From: Candidatus Poribacteria bacterium
Lineage (GTDB): Bacteria; Poribacteria; WGA-4E; WGA-3G
Assembly (NCBI GenBank): GCA_965205015.1
Contig: OZ242029.1
Coordinates: 992,001 to 1,056,000 of the forward strand
DNA: 64,000 nucleotides
Direction: 5' to 3'
Positions 37,547-47,088 of the stretch are shown here, in pieces; the stretch's first letter is position 1, and each line of letters starts with the position of its first letter. Position numbers and translations under genes: made by a program. The notes beneath the pieces are model-generated. The model searched no databases. It was not told the DNA's origin and worked only from the letters and a program-made list of their open reading frames with translations.

Positions 37547-39667
37547 CTACTTCAAAATCACCATTTGACGTGTAGCTTTGACCTGACCCACCTGAAGCGT
37601 GTAGAAATAGACACCGCTTGCCACAGGTTCACCCTCAGTATTACGACCATCCCAATACGCAGCTCGCGATTGATCCCGATAAGTGCCAGCAACCTGGAAA
37701 CCGATCGATAACTGCCGGACAGATTCACCGCTCAGATTATAGATTTGGATATCAACATCTGAGTCTTCCGCCAAATCATAAGGTATCCATGTTTCTGGGT
37801 TAAAAGGGTTAGGATAGTTCGGCAAAAGAACTGTTTCCGTTGGCAGAGCAGCGTCAACTAATTCCTCTAAGGCCGCGATACCCTTACGAAAAATAGAAGA
37901 ACCATCATTTGCGAGACGGGCATCAATGAGCCACCGCTTCACCAAGTCAAGATGTTTTGTATCAATATCGACGTGTGTCGGCGGGGCAGCAGGATTACCC
38001 GATTCACCCAAATGGGCAGCAACCAGAAGCAAGTCAATGATATCAACACTGCCATCTTGATTTACATCAGCCTTCGGATGTTTTGGTGCTGCCGCGCCAA
38101 GACTGTTTGATATAAGGACAAGGTCAAGGATATTAACAATACCATCGTCGTTAACATCCCACGGTAGCGTCGATGGAACAGCGAATGGTTTTTGGGTATC
38201 AGGTAAAATTATCTGCCAATGATCATAGAGTTTCTTCCTGAGATATGCGACCAGGTCCTTATTTTTAGGCAGATAGGCAACGTTAACTGTCCCATCCGGG
38301 TCTACATGATAATTGTAAAGTTCGCGCCCAGCGTCTGCATCGATTTGCCACCGGGACCTCTCTTCAGTATATCGGTACTGATCGGTACGAACAGAACGCC
38401 GATCTACCGACAAAGACCTTGTCTGGCTATATACCTCTGTTTTCCAAGCACGTGTGGGCTGATTAATTACAGGAATCATGCTAACACCTTCTAATCGCGT
38501 TGGGATAGGAAGGTGACACGCTTCACACAAAGTCGGATAAAGGTCAACAAGTTCTACAAGTGCATCTGCTTTACTACCGAGTTTCCCAGGGACATTAACA
38601 ATTAATGGAACACGGAGAGACTCCTCAAAAAGGGTATCCTTACCCCACATCCCATGTTCTCCAAGATGATAACCGTGGTCACTACAAAAAATGACGACTG
38701 TCCTGTCAGTTAGTCCCAGCACATCAAGATGATTGAGAACACGCCCGACTTGGGCATCCATGTAACTTAGCGCTGCTAAGTATCCGAGCACTAACTCTAA
38801 AACCTTCTCTTCAGAGAGCGGAGTACCATCCGAGGGTATACCAGAATAGTGTGTTATCTCATGTCGAAATGGCAGAAATATGGCCGGGCGAGTTTTGAAA
38901 GTATGTGTATCGTATAAATCGAAATATTTCTTAGGAACACTATACGGCAAATGCGGCTTGTCGAACCCAACAGCGAGAAAAAACGGTAAATCTTGAACTT
39001 CATCTAAAACCTTTATTGTCTGTTCCGCGGTTTTACCATCCCTGAGTTCGTCGTCAGCAACGTCAAGTGCTTGCCAAGCAGGAATCCCTTTATAAGGGCG
39101 TCCGCTTGGTCTCCAACTCGGCACACTCCAAGAAAGTTCATCGGATAGATCTGCAGAACCGTGTTCAATTTTACCAACAGACCGGGTGTGGTAACCGTGG
39201 ACTTTGAAATATTGTGGTAACGTCACAGCATCAGGCACTGTTTGTCGAAAGCCTACATGATTATCTCGGACACCATTTGTGTCCGGACGCAATCCAGTCA
39301 GCATAGATGTCCGGGAAGGGTTACAAAGTGGGTATTGACAATAGGCACGGTTGAAAAGCGTGCTCCGCTCGGCGAACCGGTCAATATTAGGCGTATGTAT
39401 TTCCGGATGACCATAACACCCAAGCAAAGGTCGCAAGTCATCCGCAATGATAAATAACACATTGTACTGTTCATCGGAAACAGCGTAGGGTTTAGGCAAC
39501 AAACCTGTTGTGAAAGCGGCAGTCCCTACTTTCAAACTGGTTGAGAGGAAATCCCGCCGTGTTAAAAGACGTATTGTTGGAGAGTGTCTTCGCGCTTGTC
39601 TAACCGGATCTTTGTGCATTATATGAATGAATTCAATCTTTAATAATAGGCAAGACATGCGTCTCAC
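37547..39667 (-). CDS. Tat-exported sulfatase with dockerin-like and FlgD-Ig tail, copy 1
   Basis: RRDFL; CNPSRTSMLTG; start may be 39619. Confidence 0.9.
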   Translation of the reverse strand: MRRMSCLLLKIEFIHIMHKDPVRQARRHSPTIRLLTRRDFLSTSLKVGTAAFTTGLLPKPYAVSDEQYNVLFIIADDLRPLLGCYGHPEIHTPNIDRFAERSTLFNRAYCQYPLCNPSRTSMLTGLRPDTNGVRDNHVGFRQTVPDAVTLPQYFKVHGYHTRSVGKIEHGSADLSDELSWSVPSWRPSGRPYKGIPAWQALDVADDELRDGKTAEQTIKVLDEVQDLPFFLAVGFDKPHLPYSVPKKYFDLYDTHTFKTRPAIFLPFRHEITHYSGIPSDGTPLSEEKVLELVLGYLAALSYMDAQVGRVLNHLDVLGLTDRTVVIFCSDHGYHLGEHGMWGKDTLFEESLRVPLIVNVPGKLGSKADALVELVDLYPTLCEACHLPIPTRLEGVSMIPVINQPTRAWKTEVYSQTRSLSVDRRSVRTDQYRYTEERSRWQIDADAGRELYNYHVDPDGTVNVAYLPKNKDLVAYLRKKLYDHWQIILPDTQKPFAVPSTLPWDVNDDGIVNILDLVLISNSLGAAAPKHPKADVNQDGSVDIIDLLLVAAHLGESGNPAAPPTHVDIDTKHLDLVKRWLIDARLANDGSSIFRKGIAALEELVDAALPTETVLLPNYPNPFNPETWIPYDLAEDSDVDIQIYNLSGESVRQLSIGFQVAGTYRDQSRAAYWDGRNTEGEPVASGVYFYTLQVGQVKATRQMVILK

Positions 39668-39690
39668 CCATACGGAATTTAAACGTCTAT

Positions 39691-40695
39691 CTAAGGACTA
39701 TACCCGAGTTCTCTCATGGTATCAAGGAAAAGAGGAGCGATTTTTGGATGAATATCAAACGGGTCCCTCGCGGGTACCGGATGCAAGGTCTGCCGAGCAT
39801 ATTCTCGGAAAGTGTTGTCTGGTGGCAGTTCACAGAAGTTGCATAACGCGATGAGTGTTTTGTCCGGCTCTGATGTCAAATCCTCGAAACGGACGAGATG
39901 GATATCATCAGACAGGGTGTGCTTGAGACGGAGCCCTTCCTGCATGGTGAGTATCCACTCTATGGCTGCCCTGTCAAGATGTCGCTTAAAATGTTTAATT
40001 TCATTAACCATTTCAGCAAGCACTGAATCTGTTTTAACAAGTTGTTCGACGATAAGCCTCCACTTTCGGTCATCAACCCCCCACCAGTCATGTCTTTCAC
40101 CCTTGACTTGAACGCTAAGCCGCTTTGACCAAGTTGCGATTGAATGACACGTATCCCAGCCATTTCGCACCAGAAAGATAAAACGGGCATCAGGAAATAG
40201 GGTCCGCACGAAATCAACCCTGAAGATGAGCTCTGGATACTTATCAACAAGACGCTTTGAACGGGTCACTGTCAAATAGGCACCGAACATCTGGGAGGCG
40301 CGTTGACACATTTCATCTGTTGCATCTTCGGCAGTGAGCCGATATTTCGCATCGGAAACCTGACTGTAGTTCCCGATAATGTCCTCATGCGGGTGAATGA
40401 GGTGCCATATCGCTTTCGGTTCGTTGAGGTAACCGATTTCCCTGTGCATGGACAGCACGATACCGAGTATCGTAGTGCCGCTGCGTCCTGTGCCTAAAAT
40501 GAAGATCGGTTTCTCAATTGACTTGTACCTGTTTTTAGTCGTAGAGACTATATTTAAAAGAGAAAAAACGATCGGATTTATCCAGCGACCTTTGGTAGTT
40601 ACGGGGCGCCCTTCAAAGAGTGCATAACTAATAAAGCGGGTTAATACTTTCATTGGGCGCGTTTTGATGTAATTCGGATTAATTTGGGCAATCAT
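39691..40695 (-). CDS. PAPS-dependent sulfotransferase
   Basis: 5'-PSB IFILGTGRSGTT, 3'-PB RNGWDTCHS, RFEDL. Confidence 0.88.
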   Translation of the reverse strand: MIAQINPNYIKTRPMKVLTRFISYALFEGRPVTTKGRWINPIVFSLLNIVSTTKNRYKSIEKPIFILGTGRSGTTILGIVLSMHREIGYLNEPKAIWHLIHPHEDIIGNYSQVSDAKYRLTAEDATDEMCQRASQMFGAYLTVTRSKRLVDKYPELIFRVDFVRTLFPDARFIFLVRNGWDTCHSIATWSKRLSVQVKGERHDWWGVDDRKWRLIVEQLVKTDSVLAEMVNEIKHFKRHLDRAAIEWILTMQEGLRLKHTLSDDIHLVRFEDLTSEPDKTLIALCNFCELPPDNTFREYARQTLHPVPARDPFDIHPKIAPLFLDTMRELGYSP

Positions 40696-40894
40696 TTATA
40701 GTTGTCAGTTTTAACCATCAACTTGAAGAAACACCCCGATGAATGCCACACGCGCATTCAGCGTTGATTCGCAAAAACCCTCCGTTATAAGTGTTAAAGC
40801 ATGAGTTGATGGTTAAGGTTTTCAGTTTCCAGTCCGGAGGATGCTATGGATGTGGCAAGCGTTTGTAGCCACTACACGCCTTATCTGTTGGCTC

Positions 40895-41902
40895 CTAAAA
40901 CCGTCTTTTCAGGGTTTGAGGGATACTTTTCATCCGGTCAAGATTAAAGAGGAACGCTCCCCCTAATTTCACTGGAAACGTCAATAGATGAAGCATCAAA
41001 CTCGCGACATTAGGTTGTATTGAAACGGGACTGTAACTATGTTTCTTCATGAGCGCTGCAGTTATCTTTTGGTTAAGGTAGATTTCAGCCGAACTGAGTT
41101 CTTCGCCAGTTGTGTCGCTGTGCCAACTGTGTGCTCGATGCGGGTTAATACCGAGTTGTTGGGGCTGATCTTCTGCGACAGAAGAACCGACTTGCGGGAC
41201 TCGGAGCATCTCATCGGTGTAAGTAATACCTGCAAAATCACAGAGACGCTTGACAGTTTTTTCAGGGTGTGTGAGGAGCTCCTCAAAGTAGACAGAAATA
41301 ACACGTTCGTGGTGTGCAAATTGATCCGCGGCGTTGACAGCAGTGCGCCAGATGTGGCTGATGGTTATCGGATGATAGTTCATCCAATCACGAAGCGTCT
41401 CTTTCATAGGCATATCACTTCCACCGAGAAACCGGCGTTTCCACTTCCTTTTCTGGGATAGCAGCACATCGCGCGGGTCACGAATCATGTTAATGATCCT
41501 TGAATTCGGATAAAGTTCAAGGATATCCGCAATATAAAAGACATTCCGTGGCGTCTGATCACAAGGGATAGTTCTATCGTTTTCGGTAGCCTCATGACGG
41601 AGAAAAGCTTCAAAGAGCACGGCTGATGTATCGGGATAGATCGTTAAGCCGTCAAGAAACATCTGTGCCTCGCTTAGAAACCGGCGTGGGTTTCCGTGTG
41701 TGCGATACCCCTCCCGTTGAATACAGAATAGTTGTGAAGCGAGTTTTTCTATCTCTTTTTTACCAACTTCTGATGAAAAAGGCGGTGCGCATAACTGACC
41801 GAAGCAGTGGAGTTCACCAAAGGTATAAACACATGGGTGTTTTCCTAAAATCCGACCCATCATCGTTGTGCCACTGCGACTATTTCCTACAACAAATATC
41901 AT
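40895..41902 (-). CDS. PAPS-dependent sulfotransferase
   Basis: IFVVGNSRSGTT, RDPRDVLLS, YFEELL. Confidence 0.88.
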   Translation of the reverse strand: MIFVVGNSRSGTTMMGRILGKHPCVYTFGELHCFGQLCAPPFSSEVGKKEIEKLASQLFCIQREGYRTHGNPRRFLSEAQMFLDGLTIYPDTSAVLFEAFLRHEATENDRTIPCDQTPRNVFYIADILELYPNSRIINMIRDPRDVLLSQKRKWKRRFLGGSDMPMKETLRDWMNYHPITISHIWRTAVNAADQFAHHERVISVYFEELLTHPEKTVKRLCDFAGITYTDEMLRVPQVGSSVAEDQPQQLGINPHRAHSWHSDTTGEELSSAEIYLNQKITAALMKKHSYSPVSIQPNVASLMLHLLTFPVKLGGAFLFNLDRMKSIPQTLKRRF

Positions 41903-41934
41903 TTTTCTAATGGTTATCAGTCATCGAGCTTTCC

Positions 41935-42120
41935 TGTAGGGGCAATCCCTTGTGGTTGCCCAATCCATTGGGGTTGTCCAATCCATTGGGGTTGCCCAAT
42001 CCCTTGGGGTTGTCCAATCCATTGGGGTTGCCCAATCCCTTGGGATTGTCCAATCCATTGGGGTTGTCCAATCCATTGGGGTAGTTTCCCGTTTGGGCAG
42101 GTACAAGACCTGCCCCTACA
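41935..42120. repeat. REPIN-like element: inverted GTAG-type palindromes enclosing 8 copies of an 18-bp tandem repeat
   Basis: tgtaggggca...tgcccctaca ends; caatcc recurs every 18 bp from 41943 to 42069. Confidence 0.9.
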
Positions 42121-42136
42121 GGCTGACGGCTATAGA

Positions 42137-43816
42137 CTACCTCTTTATCTTGAGAATCCCAAAACTGTTTTTACGGATCACGAGTTCCGTTGACTTCCCA
42201 CGCCATTCTTGGATACTAACCTCAATTTTGCCGGATCCTTCCATTTTGGCGTTGCCTCCATTCGTTGCATCGAGCCTTTCATTAGCAACATAACGGTAGT
42301 TGACGCTGTCCCTGTAGCGTTTACCATCAATTAGGAGTTGTGGTTCGTATTGCTCACCTGTGCGATTACTAACGAGGATAGTCAGATGTTCCGCAGCACT
42401 CCCACCGATGGCTTGCGCCTGAATACCGGGCATCTGCTTGCCATGATATTCCATGGCTCCGGTAAGAAGAGGCTGGTTTTGAATAGTCAGAGCGAATTGC
42501 GTATTTGAATCAGCAAATGCTTCACCGATGAGTTGAAAAGTAGGGTAGACAGCACGTCGAATGGTGTTACCGAAATCGGATTCCAGTTCACCCCCATATT
42601 TCCAAAAGGTACTGGGCATTATAGGGGTTATACGCGAAAACACAGGGAATCCTTTTCCGAAACCCGTGAGAACGTGAAAGTTCGCCTGTGTGACATTCGG
42701 AATCGATAGCATTTTCAGAAAAAAATCACCCACGTACATTGCATGGAGTTGTGTATTCGCGACTCGATTTGCGGGATTGGCGATGTTCCACTCGGTTATC
42801 CACATCTCTTTATTTGGAAATAACTGCTCATAGTAATCAATTGCCTCCGCGACCCCAAAGTGAATCCATCCCATGAGGTAGCGGCGCATCTCTTCAATCT
42901 CTTTTTTCCGGATAGCCTTATAGGCATAGACATGAACGGTGTAAGCATCGTAAAAACTGGTATCCGCTGCGAGACCTTCATCCCATTTCCGTTGCTGGGT
43001 TTTTATCAACCAACCTTCTTTTTGGAAAGCAATCGGGGTAACACAGACAGATATCTTTATATCCGGATTAACGGCTTTCATCGCTGCGGCGTGTTTCTTA
43101 GCTGCCGTTATGTAGGTTCCAACGGTCGGGTATTTGTTAAAATAATGTGGCAGATAGTATTCGTTACCGAGTTCCCAATGGGTAATCTGATATCCCTTGT
43201 CTTTAGCATAGCGGACCCATGCTGCGCTCTCTTCTGGGCTGCCCGTCCATAAGTTTACAACAATAATGGGTGTTATATTCAGCGTGTTGCAGAGCTGCAT
43301 AAAATCGTCGAAAAGAATTTTACCGTTCCGCCGCCTTTGAAGTTTAACGTATTTTCCTTTATTTCGTTTATTAAGTTTTGTATAGAGGGTTGATGCCATT
43401 TCATTTTCAAAAAAGCCGCCAGGTTCCCAATGATAGAAGTTCGCAACCTCCCCACCGGGAAATCGCAAGGTCTTTGGTGCAAGTGCCTCAGTCAAGGTAA
43501 CAAAATCCTCATCAAGGTAACCGTAATCACCATCCATCATGTTTGAATTGAAGCCGTAGAGTGCCTGACGAAGCGGTTGTCTATTACGTGTGTCAATTTC
43601 TAAATACAGTGTATCAGAAAACAGCGGTCGGGTTTGACAACCGATTACCAGAAATAGTATCACCAGAATGGCTATCGGCAGGCGGCAGGCGGTAGTCAGT
43701 CGATCGTTGTGGGGGCTGCCACAGTTTTCACCTGTCGCACGGTTCCCTTTACTCACAACTGATCCCTGACGGCTTCTTTGCTGATGGCTGATGGCTGATG
43801 GTTGACTGTTATTCAT
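42137..43816 (-). CDS. Clan GH-A glycoside hydrolase lipoprotein (GH79/GH39/GH51-like)
   Basis: LRFPGG, WELGNE (acid/base), WITEWN (nucleophile), lipobox LVIGC. Confidence 0.75.
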   Translation of the reverse strand: MNNSQPSAISHQQRSRQGSVVSKGNRATGENCGSPHNDRLTTACRLPIAILVILFLVIGCQTRPLFSDTLYLEIDTRNRQPLRQALYGFNSNMMDGDYGYLDEDFVTLTEALAPKTLRFPGGEVANFYHWEPGGFFENEMASTLYTKLNKRNKGKYVKLQRRRNGKILFDDFMQLCNTLNITPIIVVNLWTGSPEESAAWVRYAKDKGYQITHWELGNEYYLPHYFNKYPTVGTYITAAKKHAAAMKAVNPDIKISVCVTPIAFQKEGWLIKTQQRKWDEGLAADTSFYDAYTVHVYAYKAIRKKEIEEMRRYLMGWIHFGVAEAIDYYEQLFPNKEMWITEWNIANPANRVANTQLHAMYVGDFFLKMLSIPNVTQANFHVLTGFGKGFPVFSRITPIMPSTFWKYGGELESDFGNTIRRAVYPTFQLIGEAFADSNTQFALTIQNQPLLTGAMEYHGKQMPGIQAQAIGGSAAEHLTILVSNRTGEQYEPQLLIDGKRYRDSVNYRYVANERLDATNGGNAKMEGSGKIEVSIQEWRGKSTELVIRKNSFGILKIKR

Positions 43817-45210
43817 AATGTTACCCTCAACGGTCTATAGGTTGGAAGCGATCTATCACTGGCAAACATAAGCCCCGCACAGAGCCAGAAGTAAAATCCA
43901 TAACCTCGATACTCAAGCGTTCGATTAAAGAAAAGCAAGAATACAGTAACGGCGACAAGACAGAGCATGATAATTGCGATCCGTTGTGTCAGGTTTGAGC
44001 GGACAGGCACAAGACCGGTTTCCCCTGCGGTAGATGATGGACTCATAGATCGTTTATAAAGCCTCAGCGCAGCGCGAAAGAGTTGGTAAAATATCAAAGC
44101 AAAAAAGCCCAGTCCCAATATGCCATAGAAACACAGGATAGCGACCCAATACACATCTTTGAACCCGCTCTTACTGAGGACTTTAAGGAGGAACGATCGC
44201 TTGCTCATATTGAGTTTTTCAATCGTGGTGTTCTGGTCGGCACCATAACCTAAGATTGGTTTGTTAACAAGAACCGTCGGGACATTCCCGATCAACGCCC
44301 CCAGTCTCTGTTTTTGTGCGACACGGACATAAGACCCAGAAAATACGCCTGTTACGTTGCCGACGAGCCCGACTCTCGCTTTACGTGGGTTTATGTACTC
44401 AAGGTTGAACGGGTTCACCACTGCCAGTAGAATCCCGAAGATGAGGACAATCGCCAATGCTAAGCGAAGGGTCTTTTTCCACCCGTGATGGAAGTAGAAC
44501 CACGCCCCACCCGCGAGAAGGGCGGAGAAGGTCGCAGCGCGCGAATACGAACGCGCGATAAAGAAAAATAGTATGATTGCACCGAGCAGGTTCAGGTATT
44601 CAAGTCGCCGAATACGAGAGAGATAGATAACAAGGACAAGAATCATAAATATCCCATAAATTACGGTATCCCCCAAAGTACCGTAAATGCTGCCAATCTC
44701 TCTACCGAGTTCAAGCAATCTGTATTCTTTCGTAAATCCAGCAATACCAAGTGTTGACTCACGTGGTAAGAAGAAATCAAACGCGGCAGGTCCGCCTACC
44801 CACTGAATGATACCTGCGGCAAGTTGGAAAACCCCGACCACAAGAATTATGCGCAAGAGGGTTGTAATTCGTCTCTCCGACAGAGCGGAGTTCGCGATGA
44901 GATAGAAGAGGACAATATACCGAGCAAAGGGTCGGACGTTGTAAAGACTGCCTATCAACGGAGATCCGTTTATCAGAATCGAGAGCAGGACAACAGTATA
45001 AAAGCCGATAACTGGCAAATCAATCGCTGTCTTGACGAATGGGATACCTCTATGGAGTTTATGGATGACGAGTTTTCCAAAGGCTACATAGATAAGGCTT
45101 TCACCGAAAAACCTTAAATAAGAGTAGATAGTATCACTCACCGGTAAAAACTTCAGTATAAACTCTTCAAAAGCGACGTATCCTGTTAAAAAATAAATCA
45201 TAAATTCCAA
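43813..45210 (-). CDS. Wzy polymerase / O-antigen ligase family membrane protein
   Basis: About 11 TM helices, SYSRAA, PILGYG periplasmic loop. Confidence 0.7.
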   Translation of the reverse strand: MEFMIYFLTGYVAFEEFILKFLPVSDTIYSYLRFFGESLIYVAFGKLVIHKLHRGIPFVKTAIDLPVIGFYTVVLLSILINGSPLIGSLYNVRPFARYIVLFYLIANSALSERRITTLLRIILVVGVFQLAAGIIQWVGGPAAFDFFLPRESTLGIAGFTKEYRLLELGREIGSIYGTLGDTVIYGIFMILVLVIYLSRIRRLEYLNLLGAIILFFFIARSYSRAATFSALLAGGAWFYFHHGWKKTLRLALAIVLIFGILLAVVNPFNLEYINPRKARVGLVGNVTGVFSGSYVRVAQKQRLGALIGNVPTVLVNKPILGYGADQNTTIEKLNMSKRSFLLKVLSKSGFKDVYWVAILCFYGILGLGFFALIFYQLFRAALRLYKRSMSPSSTAGETGLVPVRSNLTQRIAIIMLCLVAVTVFLLFFNRTLEYRGYGFYFWLCAGLMFASDRSLPTYRPLRVTL

Positions 45211-46124
45211 GAAGAAAGATCTCTGCCTAATAACTCAGCCAATTGCTCGTTAAATGGCTTAAAATACGCCCTCTGGCGTTCGCGTGTTTTCGGGTCCAGC
45301 GGAGGTGGCGTTGAATCTGTATCGCTCTTCGGAGACCTGTCGTTCCAATCCAGAACGGCTTTTCTCAACTTGTAAGCGGTGGCATCCGGCAGAAATTTCC
45401 GAATGACTCTTCTCAGCGGATTGTGAGATGCCAGAAATTGTGTAAAGAGAAAGTTGAATTTTTCATAACGTGGCAGCGTGGCTTGGTTATGCCGTTCACC
45501 TATCGTCGGACTGAAATCGGCAGAGACCCCCATACGATCAAAGAGTTGCTGACAGACCGCCTCAGCGTTATCCTTTAAATCATCCGTTAAGACGCACTGC
45601 ACGTGATTGGTGCCAAATTGGGTTATCAAATTCTTGACATGCGGATAATAGATGCCGTTGTATTGATAAGCACATTGTCGCCATTTAAACCAGTCTTCGT
45701 TCAGGCGGGCTTCCTCGGCAACAAGTGCCTCCTCATAAGTTTTGATGTTCTCCCAACCTCTCCGTCGAGCCCACCAATAGGCAGAATAAGCACGCGCTAC
45801 AGGTTCCCGTAGGAGAACAACAAGGTGTATCTGCGGATTGTGTTCATAAATCCGTTGCATGACTTCCGGTGAATGCATCACCATTACATTCTTAGCGATA
45901 AGAGACTTATCCTCAATTTCGCTGCGGGTATTCTCTCCAATAAAGTACTTCGCAAAAGCCCACTCATATCCGCGCGTGTATTCACGCCCCTGCAGGAAGA
46001 ACGTCATTTCCGGTTGTGCATGCGTGTGGATATCCGGATGCTGTGCCAAGTAGCGGAGAAGCGAAGAGGTTCCCGCTTTCTGTGCGCCAACAATCATCAA
46101 CTGGATTTTCCGCAAGTTTTCCAT
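45198..46124 (-). CDS. Sulfotransferase (heparan-sulfate-sulfotransferase-like motifs)
   Basis: IVGAQKAGTSSL..YLAQHP, LLREPVARAYSAY. Confidence 0.88.
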   Translation of the reverse strand: MENLRKIQLMIVGAQKAGTSSLLRYLAQHPDIHTHAQPEMTFFLQGREYTRGYEWAFAKYFIGENTRSEIEDKSLIAKNVMVMHSPEVMQRIYEHNPQIHLVVLLREPVARAYSAYWWARRRGWENIKTYEEALVAEEARLNEDWFKWRQCAYQYNGIYYPHVKNLITQFGTNHVQCVLTDDLKDNAEAVCQQLFDRMGVSADFSPTIGERHNQATLPRYEKFNFLFTQFLASHNPLRRVIRKFLPDATAYKLRKAVLDWNDRSPKSDTDSTPPPLDPKTRERQRAYFKPFNEQLAELLGRDLSSWNL

Positions 46125-47062
46125 GGTATGGGTTTCCCAATCAATTCGCCGAGTGCTCGAACATCCGACGCGTAATAATCAATTAAACGGTGCTTCGTTT
46201 CTTCTGACATCTGAGGCCTCTCATCCGCCCGTGTGTTCAACCGGAGATAGAGCGGCTCAATGGTGCGTTTGATTGCCCGCAACGGCATATGAATAACCGG
46301 CTTGTTATGCGTCCACTGGCGCAATTGAAACCGGAAGTCTCTATACTTTCGATGCAACTCAGAATTTCGCATCTGCTGGGTACGATTCGTTACTTTGAAG
46401 GCATAATCGGTAAAAAAACCGGCATCAATACCAGCGAAATCGCACAACTTTGCCAGAGTATCCGCCGGTTGTGCTGCAAGTTCCTCATAAAAGAGGATAT
46501 GGACACGCTCCGTACCGACTCGGTGAAAATAAGGCTCCAAATAGTTAGTATAACATCCTTGCTGGAGTGTTTGCAAGTGCTGCGCTTCTGTCTTTTCATG
46601 GCGATTCGTAGCAGCGAAAAGCAATTCAACATACGCGTCAAAACTCACAGTCTGTGGTAATTTGCCAATTTGCCTCGCAAACCGATACCAAGAGATTAAC
46701 CTGGAAATCGGCTCACGGAGACTGAACGCTAACTTTGCCTCCGGTAGCGATGTAGCGATTCTCTCACGGGCTTTCTCACAATACAGATAGTCGGGGGTCG
46801 ATTCCATCCGAAGCTGCGTTTCATCAGCATCAGGGAATAAAAGGTTGTACTCTTCGACATTCCCCGCCTGTTGATCTTCTCCATATCGATATTTTGAGGG
46901 AAGCGGATAGTCGCTGCTGAGAAAAAACCGAGTCTCCTTGTAGGTGGCAGCGCAAATAGCGGGATGATCCGCCAAGTAGGTGAACAAAGACGTTGTCGCC
47001 GCCTTTGTAGTGCCCCCTATGATGAGATAATGGTAATCCGCAACGTTTTTCGTTAAGGTCAT
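46097..47062 (-). CDS. Sulfotransferase (heparan-sulfate-sulfotransferase-like motifs)
   Basis: IIGGTTKAATTSL..YLADHP, KETRFF, ESTPDY, LREPISRLISWY. Confidence 0.88.
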   Translation of the reverse strand: MTLTKNVADYHYLIIGGTTKAATTSLFTYLADHPAICAATYKETRFFLSSDYPLPSKYRYGEDQQAGNVEEYNLLFPDADETQLRMESTPDYLYCEKARERIATSLPEAKLAFSLREPISRLISWYRFARQIGKLPQTVSFDAYVELLFAATNRHEKTEAQHLQTLQQGCYTNYLEPYFHRVGTERVHILFYEELAAQPADTLAKLCDFAGIDAGFFTDYAFKVTNRTQQMRNSELHRKYRDFRFQLRQWTHNKPVIHMPLRAIKRTIEPLYLRLNTRADERPQMSEETKHRLIDYYASDVRALGELIGKPIPWKTCGKSS

Positions 47063-47088
47063 TTTTCTTCTTTCCACCTAACACACGA

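Noticed and set aside
31355-39667. Diversity-generating retroelement template/variable repeats among sulfatase tails
   Set aside because: No reverse transcriptase in the window, and differences between copies are not adenine-specific
41921-42293. ORFs 41921..42106 (MDWTTP repeats) and 41952..42293
   Set aside because: Translations of the 18-bp tandem repeat with no SD or protein-like content
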